64,000 nucleotides of DNA from an uncultured Verrucomicrobiota bacterium (GCA_964548925.1 CAZJTM010000002.1:10814-74813); one strand, 5' to 3'. Positions 1-10,429 are shown, numbered from the stretch's first letter. Made by a program: numbers and translations. The notes: a model not told the origin generated them from the sequence alone.

Positions 1-728
1 GCCGTCGTGTAGCCCACGCCCGAGGCGTCAATGACGTATTGGATCGTCTCGCCCTGCTTCCAGCCCTTGAGGGTCTCGATGGGGCACAGCGTGGCCTCGA
101 CGACACCCTTGGCGAGCGCCTCGTAGGTTTCCGGCTGACTCATGGCCACCGGCGTGCCACCCAACGCCTCGACGATTTTCGCCGAAAGACCGGTGGCGCG
201 CACTTTCAGACCTTTGAGGTCGGCGAGGGAGCGGACCGGTTTCTTGCTGGCGAGGATGCCCGGCCCGTGGGCGTGGACGTAAAGCACCTTCACGTCGTTC
301 AACTCGGCGGGCTGATACTTCGCGATCATGGCATTGGCGGCGCGTGTGGCCGTCATGCCGTTCGGGTACCCCAGCGGCAGGTCGAGTCCTTCCATGAGCG
401 GGAACCGCCCGCGCGTGTAGGCGAAGCAACTCATGCCGATGTCGGAGATGCCTTTGACGACACCTTCGTAGCATTGGTCCGCCTTGGTGAGCGAACCGGC
501 AGGGTAGATCGTGATCTTCACGCGGCCACTGGTGCGCTTCTCGATCTCCGCCGCCCAATTGGTGGCGGCGATGCACTGAGCGTGCGTGGGTGGGAAGAAG
601 ATGCTGTAGGAGAGGTTGAAGGTCTCTGCGGGGGTTGGAGGTTTGCAGGCCGTCAATCCGCTGGCCAATACGGCGACGAGCGCCGCAGTGCCGGCGGTTG
701 CTGTCCATTGCTTCAAGTTCAGGTTCAT
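1..728 (-). CDS. dctP: TRAP transporter substrate-binding protein (DctP family), 3' end outside window
   Basis: Own translation from ATG at 728 (GGAG upstream): [49 protein letters not shown]...[22 protein letters not shown]...DLKGLKVR...[25 protein letters not shown]. These are DctP motifs. The frame is open to the window edge and is not in the ORF track. Confidence 0.88.
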   Translation of the reverse strand, partial: MNLNLKQWTATAGTAALVAVLASGLTACKPPTPAETFNLSYSIFFPPTHAQCIAATNWAAEIEKRTSGRVKITIYPAGSLTKADQCYEGVVKGISDIGMSCFAYTRGRFPLMEGLDLPLGYPNGMTATRAANAMIAKYQPAELNDVKVLYVHAHGPGILASKKPVRSLADLKGLKVRATGLSAKIVEALGGTPVAMSQPETYEALAKGVVEATLCPIETLKGWKQGETIQYVIDASGVGYTT

Positions 729-1086
729 TGAGTGCTCCTTCGGGGTTTTGGTTATTGTCTTACATCGCGCCGGCCCGTCGCTGAGAATGAAAAGCAAATC
801 GGGCTGCACGCCGCAGTTATAGGGCAAGCGCCGCCGGCGCCGCAACAACTCTCGCGCGAGAACCGGTTTGCCTGGGGGGCGGTGCCCTCAAGAATACCCT
901 GTCCATCCTGCGATTGCCTTCGCAGCGACGGGCAGGTCCATGAAACAGGGTGGCTGTGGAACTCCCTCGGATAAACACAACGAGACGCCGGTCGTTAAGG
1001 CGCGCGGGGAGGATCAGTTTCTGACCGGCTGGTCGCCGGGAGTGTTGGCCGCCATCCAAAGTGGGGCGACTGGCTCGGCCGCGGCT

Positions 1087-1440
1087 TTAGCCGTTCCGCT
1101 TGTGGATGATGACGCGATTGCCGTCCGGGTCGGCCACGACAGCCATTCTACATACCGGAGTGGCGAAGATTTCCTGCACAAACTTCACGTCGCGCGCTTT
1201 GAGTTGCCGCACGGTGGCGTCCAAGTCGTCCACCTCAAAGGCGATGTTGCCGCCGGGCGCGCCGGGGGTGTTGTCCGGCAACCAACTCGTGATCGCGAAC
1301 GCGACCCCGTGGACTTCGTACTCCACCCATTTGTCCTCCCAGTTGCTGTCGGGCTTGAGGTTCAAGATGTCCTCGTAAAACCGGCGGGCGCGCGGGACAT
1401 CGCTGACAGGATAGACGATGAAGGCGATTTCCTGGATCAT
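1087..1440 (-). CDS. VOC/glyoxalase/bleomycin-resistance family protein
   Basis: IAFIVYPVSDVPRARRFYEDILNL...NIAFEVDDLDATVRQLK...VVADPDGNRV. Start placed at MIQE (1440). Confidence 0.88.
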   Translation of the reverse strand: MIQEIAFIVYPVSDVPRARRFYEDILNLKPDSNWEDKWVEYEVHGVAFAITSWLPDNTPGAPGGNIAFEVDDLDATVRQLKARDVKFVQEIFATPVCRMAVVADPDGNRVIIHKRNG

Positions 1441-1442
1441 GG

Positions 1443-1796
1443 TTACCGATTGGCGGATTCCGCGAAGATGCGCGCCTCCTGCTCGGTGATGAGGCCGTCG
1501 TGGTTGGTGTCGCAACGGCGGACCGCTTGATTGAACGCGGCGCTCTCCCCTTCCACCACCCGCCGCTTGTGATCGAAGACGATGGGCAGAGAGACTTCCG
1601 TTTTGCTTTCGGTCCGTCCGCGGGTCGAGCTTGTCTTGCTCAGGGTTTCGTAAAAGATCCGGCCGGCGGTGTCGTTCTCAAACTGCACCGAGGCCCGCAC
1701 CTCTTCGCGATAGACGGTTTCGTCGGTGGAAATGCAGCCGGTGAACGCGAGGGCCAGGGCGGAGGCCAGCCCGGGGATCAGAACATTGGTTTTCAT
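1443..1796 (-). CDS. Small predicted lipoprotein with C-terminal EF-hand-like loop
   Basis: Signal peptide with lipobox-like LAFTG-C. C-terminal DTNHDGLITEQE. Confidence 0.7.
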   Translation of the reverse strand: MKTNVLIPGLASALALAFTGCISTDETVYREEVRASVQFENDTAGRIFYETLSKTSSTRGRTESKTEVSLPIVFDHKRRVVEGESAAFNQAVRRCDTNHDGLITEQEARIFAESANR

Positions 1797-1854
1797 GTTG
1801 GATGTGATCTCAAAATCAGTCAGCTCAAGCGGAGAGACGCCCACCATCGGCGAC

Positions 1855-2142
1855 TCATTCAACGATCTTGGGCACGACAAAAAGGCCGTTCGCCTGCGCG
1901 GGGGCGTTGCGCAGGGCTTCGGCGTGGGGCAGGGAGGGACGAATCTCGTCGGCCCGCGTCACGTTCACGCGGGGCATGGCGTGGGCGGTGGGCTCGACGT
2001 GGGTGACGTCCAACTCCTTGAGCTTTTCCACGTAGCCGAGAACCTGGCCGAGTTGCGCGCCGAATTGCTTCTCCTCTTCCGGCGTCAATTCGAGCCGCGC
2101 CAAGTGGGCGACGTATTTGACATCAATCTCGACGGCCGCCAT
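1855..2142 (-). CDS. gatC: Asp/Glu-tRNA amidotransferase subunit C
   Basis: VKYVAHLARLEL...VEPTAH...LRNAPAQANGLFVVPKIVE. Confidence 0.95.
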   Translation of the reverse strand: MAAVEIDVKYVAHLARLELTPEEEKQFGAQLGQVLGYVEKLKELDVTHVEPTAHAMPRVNVTRADEIRPSLPHAEALRNAPAQANGLFVVPKIVE

Positions 2143-2145
2143 GAG

Positions 2146-2445
2146 TCACTCCTCGTCGAACTTGCGCTTGATGAGGTTTTCGATTTCGGTGACGGCTTGG
2201 GGAGCGTCGTCGCCGTGAGCGTGGACGGTGAGTTTGCTGCCCGGCCCGGCGGCCAACATCATCAGGCCCATGATGCTCTTGCCGTTGATGGTCTCGCCGT
2301 CCTTTTCCACGAAGACGTCACAGGCAAAGCGGTTGGCGGTCTTCACGAACATCGCGGCGGGGCGGGCGTGAATGCCGAGCTTGTTGGTGATCAGGAAGTC
2401 CTTTTTCACCAGCGGGCTGTTGTCATCCGGTTTTCGAGCGCTCAT
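2146..2445 (-). CDS. ptsH: Phosphocarrier protein HPr
   Basis: GIHARPA (His15 motif) and GKSIMG (Ser46 motif). Confidence 0.93.
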   Translation of the reverse strand: MSARKPDDNSPLVKKDFLITNKLGIHARPAAMFVKTANRFACDVFVEKDGETINGKSIMGLMMLAAGPGSKLTVHAHGDDAPQAVTEIENLIKRKFDEE

Positions 2446-2494
2446 CAGACTGGGAAAACTAGTAAACCAAACGCTGCCGTTTGGCCAACGCAAT

Positions 2495-3442
2495 CTACAG
2501 CTTGGCCCCCGCCGCCATCTGCTCCAGCAGCCGGTCGTTCATTTCCTTGGCGGGATTGCGCCCGGTGGCCTTGAGTTTCGCGTGATAGGCCGCCACTTCA
2601 ACCAACCGCGCCAAGTCGCGGCCGGGACGGACGGGGATCGTGATATGCGGGATTTCGACCCCCAGAATCTTGACCGTTTCCTGCTCCATCCCCACGCGGT
2701 CCACGTCCGGCACGTCCTCCCATTGCTTCAGGCTGACGACCAAGTCCAGCCGTTTCTCCACCCGGACGCTGCGCACGCCAAACATCGCTGCGACGTTGAT
2801 GATGCCGATGCCCCGCACTTCCATGTAGCCCCGGGTGATTTCCGAACTCGTGCCCATGACATCCCGCCCGTCCACCAAAGTGACCTTCGTGACATCATCG
2901 GACACCAGGCTGTAGCCCCGTTCGATCAGCGCCAGGACACTTTCGCTCTTGCCGATGCCGCTGTCCCCGCGGATAAGCACCCCGACGCCAAGAATGTCCA
3001 CCATGCTGCCCATCTCCGTACCGTGCGGGGCGAACATCGTCTCCAAGGCCAGCGTGGCGCGGTTGATGAACTTCATCGTGATCAGCGGGCATTGGAAGAC
3101 CGGCACGTGGTCCGCCTCCGCCAAGTGGAGCAGCGCCTTGTCTGGCCGGAGTCCACGGCTGTACACCACACACGGAACGCGATACCTGAGAAACCCTTGG
3201 TACCGTTGCAGCCGCTGCGCCTCGTCAAGGGACTTCAAGTAGAAGGCCTCTGCGTTGCCGATGACCTGGATGCGCTTGTAGGCGAAGTAGCGCGTGAAGC
3301 CGGTCAACGCGAGCCCGGGGCGATTGATGGTGGGTTCGCGGATGACGCGCTTCAGGCCGCCCGCGCCGCCCATCAGCTTCAATTCCAGCGCCTCGGCTTT
3401 TTCCGTGTAGAACCGCTCGACGGTGACGGCATCCAGTTTCAT
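2495..3442 (-). CDS. hprK: HPr(Ser) kinase/phosphorylase
   Basis: INRPGLAL, GVLIRGDSGIGKSE Walker A, LVSDD, MEVRGIGII, PVRPGRDLA. Confidence 0.95.
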   Translation of the reverse strand: MKLDAVTVERFYTEKAEALELKLMGGAGGLKRVIREPTINRPGLALTGFTRYFAYKRIQVIGNAEAFYLKSLDEAQRLQRYQGFLRYRVPCVVYSRGLRPDKALLHLAEADHVPVFQCPLITMKFINRATLALETMFAPHGTEMGSMVDILGVGVLIRGDSGIGKSESVLALIERGYSLVSDDVTKVTLVDGRDVMGTSSEITRGYMEVRGIGIINVAAMFGVRSVRVEKRLDLVVSLKQWEDVPDVDRVGMEQETVKILGVEIPHITIPVRPGRDLARLVEVAAYHAKLKATGRNPAKEMNDRLLEQMAAGAKL

Positions 3443-3457
3443 GGGGAAGGGGGATGG

Positions 3458-3548
3458 GGATTAAGATTAAGATCGAGATTGGGATTAAGATCAGAATTCG
3501 CCAAGCAGACGGGCTCCGACCTCTTGCTCTTGATCTTCATCTTAATCC
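3458..3548. repeat. Inverted repeat with hexamer-periodic (GATTAA-like) arms
   Basis: ggattaagattaagatcgaga (3458-3478) versus reverse complement of 3521-3548 (ggattaagatgaagatcaaga...): 19/21 identical. Confidence 0.8.
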
Positions 3549-3557
3549 GCTCGCGAT

Positions 3558-4352
3558 TCACATGTTGAATTCCGGCCCGAGGTAAATCTCGCGGGCCTTC
3601 GGGTCCTCGACCATCTTCGCCGCTTCGCCCTCGTAAACCACCTCGCCCTTGTGGATCAGGTAGGCGCGGTCCACCAATTTGAGCGTCTCGCGCACGTTGT
3701 GGTCCGTGACAAGGATGCCCAAGCCGCGCTCCTTCAGGCGGCGGATGATCTTCTGCACTTCGTAAACGGCGATCGGGTCAATGCCGCTGAACGGCTCATC
3801 GAGCAGGAGCAGCTTGGGACTGGTGACCAGCGCCCGCGTGATTTCCAGCCGCCGCTTTTCGCCGCCGCTCAACTGATAGGCTTTGCTCTTGGCCAGCGGC
3901 GTCAGGTCGAGTTCCTCCAGCAGGTATTTCAACCGCACCCGCCGCTCGTCGCGTCCGATGGCGCACGTTTCGAGGATGGCGAGGATGTTTTCGGCAACGG
4001 TGAGTTTGCGGAAGACCGATGGCTCTTGCGTGAGGTAACCCATCCCCAACCGGGCCCGCTGGTGCATCGCGAGGCGGGTGACCTCCCGCCCAAGGAATCG
4101 CACCGCGCCGCCGTCCGAGCGCACCAGGCCGACCACCAAGTTGAAAGTCGTCGTCTTGCCGGCGCCGTTCGGGCCCAACAGGCCGACAATTTCGCCAGCG
4201 GCGACGTGAATCGAAACGCCGTTCACCACACGCCGCTGCCGGTATTCCTTCACCAGCTTCTCGGTGGCCAGCAACGGAGAGGCGACCGCTGTGGTGACCA
4301 CCGGACCGCCCTTGGCTTTCTCCGTCTCAGGATTCGGTTGCGTCTTGCTCAC
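3558..4352 (-). CDS. lptB: LPS export ABC transporter ATP-binding protein
   Basis: GPNGAGKTT, QEPSVFRKLTV, LSGGEKRRLEI, LLDEPFSGIDPI, TDHNVRETL. Confidence 0.95.
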   Translation of the reverse strand: MSKTQPNPETEKAKGGPVVTTAVASPLLATEKLVKEYRQRRVVNGVSIHVAAGEIVGLLGPNGAGKTTTFNLVVGLVRSDGGAVRFLGREVTRLAMHQRARLGMGYLTQEPSVFRKLTVAENILAILETCAIGRDERRVRLKYLLEELDLTPLAKSKAYQLSGGEKRRLEITRALVTSPKLLLLDEPFSGIDPIAVYEVQKIIRRLKERGLGILVTDHNVRETLKLVDRAYLIHKGEVVYEGEAAKMVEDPKAREIYLGPEFNM

Positions 4353-6310
4353 GGCGTGGGAGTGCGCTTCTTTCGCATGTTGGGTTTCCGGTCAAACGGC
4401 AGGACGGGGGAGTTCGTTTCGTTGCCGGGGGTCAACCATACCGCGCGGGCCTTGCCAAGCGCGCTGACTGTTCCGGTGGCGCGGTTCAACTTCACCACGG
4501 GCGCGGTAAACGAACTGCCGTCCGACCGCCGCACCAAAGGTTGGCCCAACAATTCGAGCACCTCGTCCGCCGCGGCATAGACGGCTTGGGCACACGTGGC
4601 CGTGGTCACTTGACCGTTCGTTTCGATGAGGCTCATCACGACATTTTGGTCGGCGGTGATGCCAACGACGTTGGTGCCGCCGGGGGAGAGCTTCACGGTC
4701 AGCGTGTCGCAGGTCAACCGCATCTGCGTGTCCTCCGCTCGCACGCGCCCGCGAAACGCCACGGCTTCGGGGCTCAGTTCGTACTCATTGCAGGTGATCA
4801 GCGTCGGTGGGCCATCTGCCGCCCCGGAATGGGCAATGGGTTTGGCGACGGCGGGTTCGTCAGGTCGGATGGCCAGCGCGTTCAACAAACTCCCAGCTTC
4901 CGCGCGCGGCAACGTGAGGCTCGCGTCGCCTCGGACGATAAAGTGGCTGCGCTGCAAATTCGCGAGCAACACCTCGCCGCGACCGGATCGGCCGCCGTCC
5001 CGCCAGGTGGGTTGGCCGGTGAGCTCCGCCACGCCGCTCGCGCCGTCGTAGCGTGCCTGCTCACCGGCAAGCCGACGCTCGCCCTGCTCGATGACGACAC
5101 GCTGCTCTGCCACAAGTTGCTGGACCTGATTGCTGCCGCCGAACATTGCGACCAGCGAGGAACAAGTGAGCCGGGCGCGCGTGACGTTGCCCGCCCGCTC
5201 GACTGCCTCCACGCCGCCGGTGAAGCTGGCGCGACTGGTTTGAATCTCATAACGCTCCGAGGTGATGGTCACGAACCGGTCCGTCGCGTCCGCCGTTTGC
5301 GCCACCGCCGCCTCTTGGGGAAGGAACCCCGTGCCGCTGATGGGTAGCTTGAGCTTTGCGCTGCCGTTCACCTGCAATGTCGTCGTGGTGCTGTTCAGCA
5401 ATAACTCATCGCCCCGGCCTTCGCGCGCCTGGGCCTGCCATTGAGCCTGGCCCGTGAGCTGAATCATGCCGTCGCCCGGCGAGAATACCGCCTGCTCGCC
5501 GGTGGCATGCAACTCGCCGTAATCAATTGCCACGCGTTGTTCCGCTACGAGCCGGTCCACCGCGCCCACGCCCGAGGTTGGCAGCCGGAATGTCAGTGCT
5601 TCACAGGCGAGACTCAGGTTCGTGGCCGTGACCCGCACGCTGCCACGATACACGGCCTGCGTTGTTTTACCGTCGTAGATGAATTGATCCGCTAGAATCC
5701 GCACGTCACCCAATGCCGGCGCCTCAGCTTGGGCCTCGCGGCTGCTCGTGGATTCAAGCCAGCCGCCACGGACGGTGGTGCGCACGCGATTGGAGATGAC
5801 GAGCAAGGCATTGGTCTGCCGCCAGAGAAAGCCTTCGCCCTCCAGCGCGAACCGGCCTTCCTGAAGCAGCATCTTGAGCGGGCGCGCGGAACTGGCTTCG
5901 CGCGTGGCATAGCTGAAGAGGCAATCTGGTGTTTCGATCAACATCTCACGCGCCCCGGCAGCCTGGAATTCCTCCAGCGTGACTTCCTCCACGAGCATGG
6001 TGCCGTTGGTTTGCGGGGTGGCTTGGGCGCCCTTGAGCAGCCAGCGGAGTTGGGTCTGGTGGGGAGGCTCGTAATAGACCGGCACGTTGAACTTGCTCAA
6101 CTTGACCCCTAGCGATGGCTGCTGGGCGGATGCTGGCACGACCAGCAACGCGAAGCCCAAGCTCAGACTGAGAACGCCTCTGAGTACGTGCCTTGGCCAT
6201 CGAGCTTGTCTTTCGTCCTCGACTTTCTTCCTCGGGCCCTGGCAAGGCTTCGGGGACGGGGACGAAGAACGAGGACGAGCGACCAGCGCTGGAGAGAAGC
6301 GGTTCATCAC
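4349..6310 (-). CDS. LptC-like plus three LptA/OstA-like domain protein
   Basis: Lies between kdsA and lptB. Three repeats of the I.(A/S/C)..Y....A.F.G.V...L.C..L.....V..L.A.Q.V pattern. GTGA overlap with the kdsA stop. Start uncertain. Confidence 0.75.
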   Translation of the reverse strand: MMNRFSPALVARPRSSSPSPKPCQGPRKKVEDERQARWPRHVLRGVLSLSLGFALLVVPASAQQPSLGVKLSKFNVPVYYEPPHQTQLRWLLKGAQATPQTNGTMLVEEVTLEEFQAAGAREMLIETPDCLFSYATREASSARPLKMLLQEGRFALEGEGFLWRQTNALLVISNRVRTTVRGGWLESTSSREAQAEAPALGDVRILADQFIYDGKTTQAVYRGSVRVTATNLSLACEALTFRLPTSGVGAVDRLVAEQRVAIDYGELHATGEQAVFSPGDGMIQLTGQAQWQAQAREGRGDELLLNSTTTTLQVNGSAKLKLPISGTGFLPQEAAVAQTADATDRFVTITSERYEIQTSRASFTGGVEAVERAGNVTRARLTCSSLVAMFGGSNQVQQLVAEQRVVIEQGERRLAGEQARYDGASGVAELTGQPTWRDGGRSGRGEVLLANLQRSHFIVRGDASLTLPRAEAGSLLNALAIRPDEPAVAKPIAHSGAADGPPTLITCNEYELSPEAVAFRGRVRAEDTQMRLTCDTLTVKLSPGGTNVVGITADQNVVMSLIETNGQVTTATCAQAVYAAADEVLELLGQPLVRRSDGSSFTAPVVKLNRATGTVSALGKARAVWLTPGNETNSPVLPFDRKPNMRKKRTPTP

Positions 6311-7125
6311 TTCACGGTGTCGAACACCTTCAGCATCGCTTTCAACAAGGCCGGCATCTCGGCCAGCGGAATCATGTTTGGGCCATCGCTCATCGCCTTG
6401 TCTGGCAGCGGATGGGTTTCGATGAAGAGCCCATTCGCCCCCGCCGCCAGCGCCGCCTTTGCTAACACTGGCGCAAACTCACGTTGACCGCTGGAAGCCG
6501 TCCCGCCGCCGCCGGGCAACTGCACCGAATGCGTGGCATCAAAGATCACCGGGAAACCGAACCGCTTCATGATCGGGATGGAACGAAGGTCCGCGACGAG
6601 ATTGTTGTAGCCGAAGCTCGTGCCGCGTTCCGTGAGCAGCAGGTGCTTGCCGCCCGCCGCCTGGGCCTTCGCCACCACCTGTCCCATCTCCGCCGGCGAA
6701 AGAAACTGACCCTTCTTCAGGTTGACAATGTTGCCGGTGACGACCGCCGCCTCGATCAAGTCCGTCTGCCGGCACAGGAACGCCGGGATTTGGAGGATGT
6801 CCACGACATCCGCGGCGACGGAGGCTTGCGCTTCCGTGTGAACATCCGTCAGCACCGGCACGCCGAAACGCTCGCGGACCTTGGCCAGAATCTCCAGTCC
6901 CGCTTCCAGTCCCGGTCCGCGGAAAGACTTTCCGCTGGTGCGGTTCGCCTTGTCAAAGCTGGCCTTGAAGACGTAGGTGATGCCCAATCGGGCGCAAGTT
7001 CGCTTGAGCTGCGCGGCGACGTCGAGGCAGAGCTTTTCGTTTTCGATGACGCACGGCCCGGCGATGAGGAACAGCCGGCGCGTGTCGGTCAGGGATTTCC
7101 AGATGGTGGTGGTTGCGTCAAGCAC
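6307..7125 (-). CDS. kdsA: KDO-8-phosphate synthase
   Basis: [62 protein letters not shown]. Confidence 0.97.
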   Translation of the reverse strand: MLDATTTIWKSLTDTRRLFLIAGPCVIENEKLCLDVAAQLKRTCARLGITYVFKASFDKANRTSGKSFRGPGLEAGLEILAKVRERFGVPVLTDVHTEAQASVAADVVDILQIPAFLCRQTDLIEAAVVTGNIVNLKKGQFLSPAEMGQVVAKAQAAGGKHLLLTERGTSFGYNNLVADLRSIPIMKRFGFPVIFDATHSVQLPGGGGTASSGQREFAPVLAKAALAAGANGLFIETHPLPDKAMSDGPNMIPLAEMPALLKAMLKVFDTVK

Positions 7126-7214
7126 GCCGATGGTTTAGCAGGCGGGGGGCGGCGTGTAAATCCCGGGCTGAGCCGCGCCGGCCGGCTCGCGTTCTCCACG
7201 CGCAAGGAACTGGC

Positions 7215-7355
7215 TTACACATTGGCGGAACAGGGGCGCACGGGAGGATCATCGTGTACGACAGCAGTGGAACATGTGGTTCCCCGGCACCTGCGGTTGG
7301 CACGGGGAGAGGAGGCCACCTCGGAACCCTGATTTCATGGGCGGTGCTGTGCGGA
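7215..7355. ncRNA. Possible structured ncRNA downstream of tRNA-Ser (6S-like?)
   Basis: Nested pairings seen by eye: TCCCCG/CGGGGA hairpin, CAGGG/CCCTG, GAA/TTC. The segment GAGAGGAGGCCACCT..TTCA loosely recalls 6S RNA. No covariance search was run and the strand is unresolved. Confidence 0.25.
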
Positions 7356-7445
<90 letters not shown>

Positions 7446-7711
7446 ACTCGTCCAAAATGCAACAGCATGCAAGAACATGGCGACCCTCCGGATGCAGTTC
7501 GCACGCTGTAGTCCGTTGCTCGTCGCGCGCCAAAACAAGCAATCACCCCAGCGAGGTTGGTGCGGGCCTGCGTTGACAGGAGCCGCCCCGTGCGACTGGG
7601 CGCGTTGCATTTCCAGCGCGCGCCTATTCTGCGCGAATGATGGTGGCAGGCAAGCTCATTCGCCACTCCCCGATTGGCGCGGGTGCATCTCAGTTTCTGC
7701 AAAGGGGCGAC

Positions 7712-7860
7712 GGGCATCAATCGTCGCGCCGAATTCCGAAATTGCTGGATCGCGGGTTTCACAACCCACGGGCATTTGCCAGGGCAGAGTATCTTCGCAG
7801 TTTGGGCATTCCACCGACTGAAAAGCCGGCGATACCGCAGGTCGGGAAACCTGCGTTGCA
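7712..7860. repeat. Degenerate REP-like palindromic element
   Basis: Right arm ...gcgataccgcaggtcgggaaacctgcg resembles 18792-18834 (gcaggttgaaaacttgcgatacggcagattgggaatctgcg). The left arm is a degenerate complement. Confidence 0.5.
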
Positions 7861-8191
7861 ACCGCCTGGCGGTCCTGCATGAAACTGAGAGTTGTCCGGT
7901 TTGGCTAAAGAAGCGGCTTCACGGGACAAGGCCAAGCATCGGCAGCTTCTGGAGTCATTTCGTGAGGTGTGGTTGGGTCGCCCCGGGTTTATGCACGCAA
8001 GAGGCTCTTTCGGAACTTGGTTAGGAACGCCGCTTGAGGGCATGCGACCTAGAAGAACAGGGCTGTTTTTCACAGTCTGGAGGCCGGCTGCCCTCAGCCG
8101 GCGGGGGTTCTGTAAGTGCCTCGCAAGAATGGATGTTTTTGATCGGATAACAACTCGCCAGTTCTGTGCTTGCCGCAGTAGCCTCTGAGCC

Positions 8192-10429
8192 GTGATGCAA
8201 ACGGTTAACCGGAAAAGCAATGTCCGGCTGCTGAGCGTGTGGGTGCGGAACGTGAATCTGACGCCTGTCGGCCTCCGAGTTTTGAAGCGCTGGCTCATTC
8301 TGTTCGCGCTCGGCTGGCGCGCGTTATCCGCACCGGCAAGCGGAAGTTGGGACACCTTCTCCGACACTTGGGTTGCCACCGATGCGCTGGGCCGCAGATT
8401 GCCCAGCAACGTCGAGGTCGGCCCGCCGCGCGCGGACCGCACCGTGGGCATCTTCTATTTCCTCTGGCACGGAGCGCACATCCAAGGCGGGCCGTACGAT
8501 GTGACGAAAATCCTCGCGCAGGACCCGGAGGCGATGCGCAAACCGGACAGTCCGCTGTGGGGACCGCTTCATGCCCCGCATCATTGGGGTGAATCGCTTT
8601 TCGGCTACTACCTCACGGATGACGAAGGGGTCCTGCGCAAGCACGCCCAGATGCTCGCCGACGCAGGGGTGGACATGGTAATCTTCGATGTCACGAATCA
8701 GCTCACCTACCCGGAGTGGTATCGCGCCTTGCTCCGGGTCTGGGGTGAGATGCGTGCGCTGGGCAATCGCACGCCCCAAATAGCTTCCCTCACGCCGTTC
8801 TGGGAGCCCCGCAAAGTCGTGCGCGAATTGTGGCGCGATCTGTATGCGCCCGGGCTGTTGAACGAACTTTGGTTCCGTTGGGAAGGCAAACCGCTGATCC
8901 TGGCCGACCCGGACTTGATTGAGCGCGCCGAAGAATACACGCACCAAAGCGAACCAACTGAACTTCGCCCCGGCCACACCCTCGCCCAGCGGTTCAAGAG
9001 CGAGCAGGCGTTTCGTGGCGTCGGGGGCCGCTTCCCGACCTACCACGCGACGAATTCCGCAGTCACGCTGAAGCTCTTTCGGGCAAACGCTGCCGACCCT
9101 CCGATTGCGACCCGCCGCTTTGAGAACGTGGCGGACAACGCGTGGCTCACGCTGAACTTGGCGGCACTGCAACCGCCCGGGGACTACATTTTGGAAGCCT
9201 CCGATCCTACTGGCCGGATCGGGTGGTGGAGTCATACCGACGACGTTCAACCGCAAGGTCAGGCGCTGGCCGATGGCCAGCCGGTAGGTGGCGACCGGAC
9301 GTTGCGGCTGTTGTTGGGGGACGAGGAGTCCGCGCGCATCCGCGAGTTCTTCACCTTCCGTAAACCGCAGCCGGATTATTTCCAAGGTCCCACCCGGCCG
9401 GACATGTGGAGTTGGCTGGAGGTTCATCCGCAGCACATTTTCACAAACTCGGCGGGAGCGAAGGAACAGATGTCCGTGGGAGTGGCCCAGAACGCGGTGA
9501 ACGGCCGGCTTGGTTGCCTGAGCGAACCGGGCGCGCGGGGGAGGAGCTTTCACAACGGGGCCACGGACCCGCGACCAGATGCGGTGCTGCACGGGTTCAA
9601 CTTCGCGGAACAATGGGAGCGTGCCTTGAAGGAAGACCCGCGCTTCATCTTTGTCACCGGTTGGAACGAATGGATCGCCGGACGTTTCGCCGAGTTCAAC
9701 GGCGTCAAGCTGCCCGTGATGTTCGTAGATCAGTTTGACCAGGAACATAGCCGTGACATCGAGCCCATGACGGGCGGTCACGGAGACAACTACTACTACC
9801 AACTTGCCGGCTATGTTCGCCGCTACAAGGGCGTCCGCCCGCCACCGCCGGTGAAGACGCAGCCTATCCGCATTGACGGGAAGTTCGAGGATTGGCGTGC
9901 GGTCGAGCCGGAGTTTCGCGACACGCTCGGCGATTCCGTGCGGCGCCAGCATCGCGGCTGGGACGCAAAGATGATTTACACCAACCACACCGGGCGCAAC
10001 GATCTCGTGGCGGCGAAGGTCAGCTACGACAAACGGCGCGTCCATTTCCACGTCCGCACGCGCGGGGTCATCACGCCGCCGGCGGGCACAAACTGGATGC
10101 TGCTCTTCCTCGACCTTGATGCGAATGCCCAAACCGGCTGGCTGGGTTACGACTTCGTGTTGAATCGAGTCACGCCCGGCTCGGTGGAGCGCAACGTTGG
10201 CGGGAAGTTCCAATGGCAGCCGTGCGGTCAAGCCGCGTTCCGCATGAACGGCGCCGAGCTTGAGCTGTCACTGCCTTGGGCCGACATCGGCCTGAAAACG
10301 CCGCCGGAGCAATTTCACTTCAAGTGGGCGGACAATTGCATTGCCGCTGGCGATTGGACGGATTTCACGTTGAACGGCGACGCGGCGCCGAACGACAGGT
10401 TCAACTATCGCGCGTCGCTGCGTCCGTGA
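8192..10429 (+). CDS. Secreted putative glycoside hydrolase (GH99/GH71-like TIM barrel, inserted beta-domain, C-terminal CBM9-like region)
   Basis: Signal peptide, VGIFYFLWHG, HAQMLADAGVDMVIFD, FVTGWNEW, PIRIDGKFEDW. Start may be the TTG at 8282. Confidence 0.6.
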   Translation: MMQTVNRKSNVRLLSVWVRNVNLTPVGLRVLKRWLILFALGWRALSAPASGSWDTFSDTWVATDALGRRLPSNVEVGPPRADRTVGIFYFLWHGAHIQGGPYDVTKILAQDPEAMRKPDSPLWGPLHAPHHWGESLFGYYLTDDEGVLRKHAQMLADAGVDMVIFDVTNQLTYPEWYRALLRVWGEMRALGNRTPQIASLTPFWEPRKVVRELWRDLYAPGLLNELWFRWEGKPLILADPDLIERAEEYTHQSEPTELRPGHTLAQRFKSEQAFRGVGGRFPTYHATNSAVTLKLFRANAADPPIATRRFENVADNAWLTLNLAALQPPGDYILEASDPTGRIGWWSHTDDVQPQGQALADGQPVGGDRTLRLLLGDEESARIREFFTFRKPQPDYFQGPTRPDMWSWLEVHPQHIFTNSAGAKEQMSVGVAQNAVNGRLGCLSEPGARGRSFHNGATDPRPDAVLHGFNFAEQWERALKEDPRFIFVTGWNEWIAGRFAEFNGVKLPVMFVDQFDQEHSRDIEPMTGGHGDNYYYQLAGYVRRYKGVRPPPPVKTQPIRIDGKFEDWRAVEPEFRDTLGDSVRRQHRGWDAKMIYTNHTGRNDLVAAKVSYDKRRVHFHVRTRGVITPPAGTNWMLLFLDLDANAQTGWLGYDFVLNRVTPGSVERNVGGKFQWQPCGQAAFRMNGAELELSLPWADIGLKTPPEQFHFKWADNCIAAGDWTDFTLNGDAAPNDRFNYRASLRP

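Noticed and set aside
28-731. ORF-track ORFs 28..708(-) and 39..731(+)
   Set aside because: Alternative-frame/antisense shadows. The real gene is dctP in another minus frame that runs off the window.
7759-8451. 230-aa minus-strand ORF upstream of the glycosidase-like gene
   Set aside because: No recognisable motif. It overlaps repeat DNA and the 5' end of a credible plus-strand gene.
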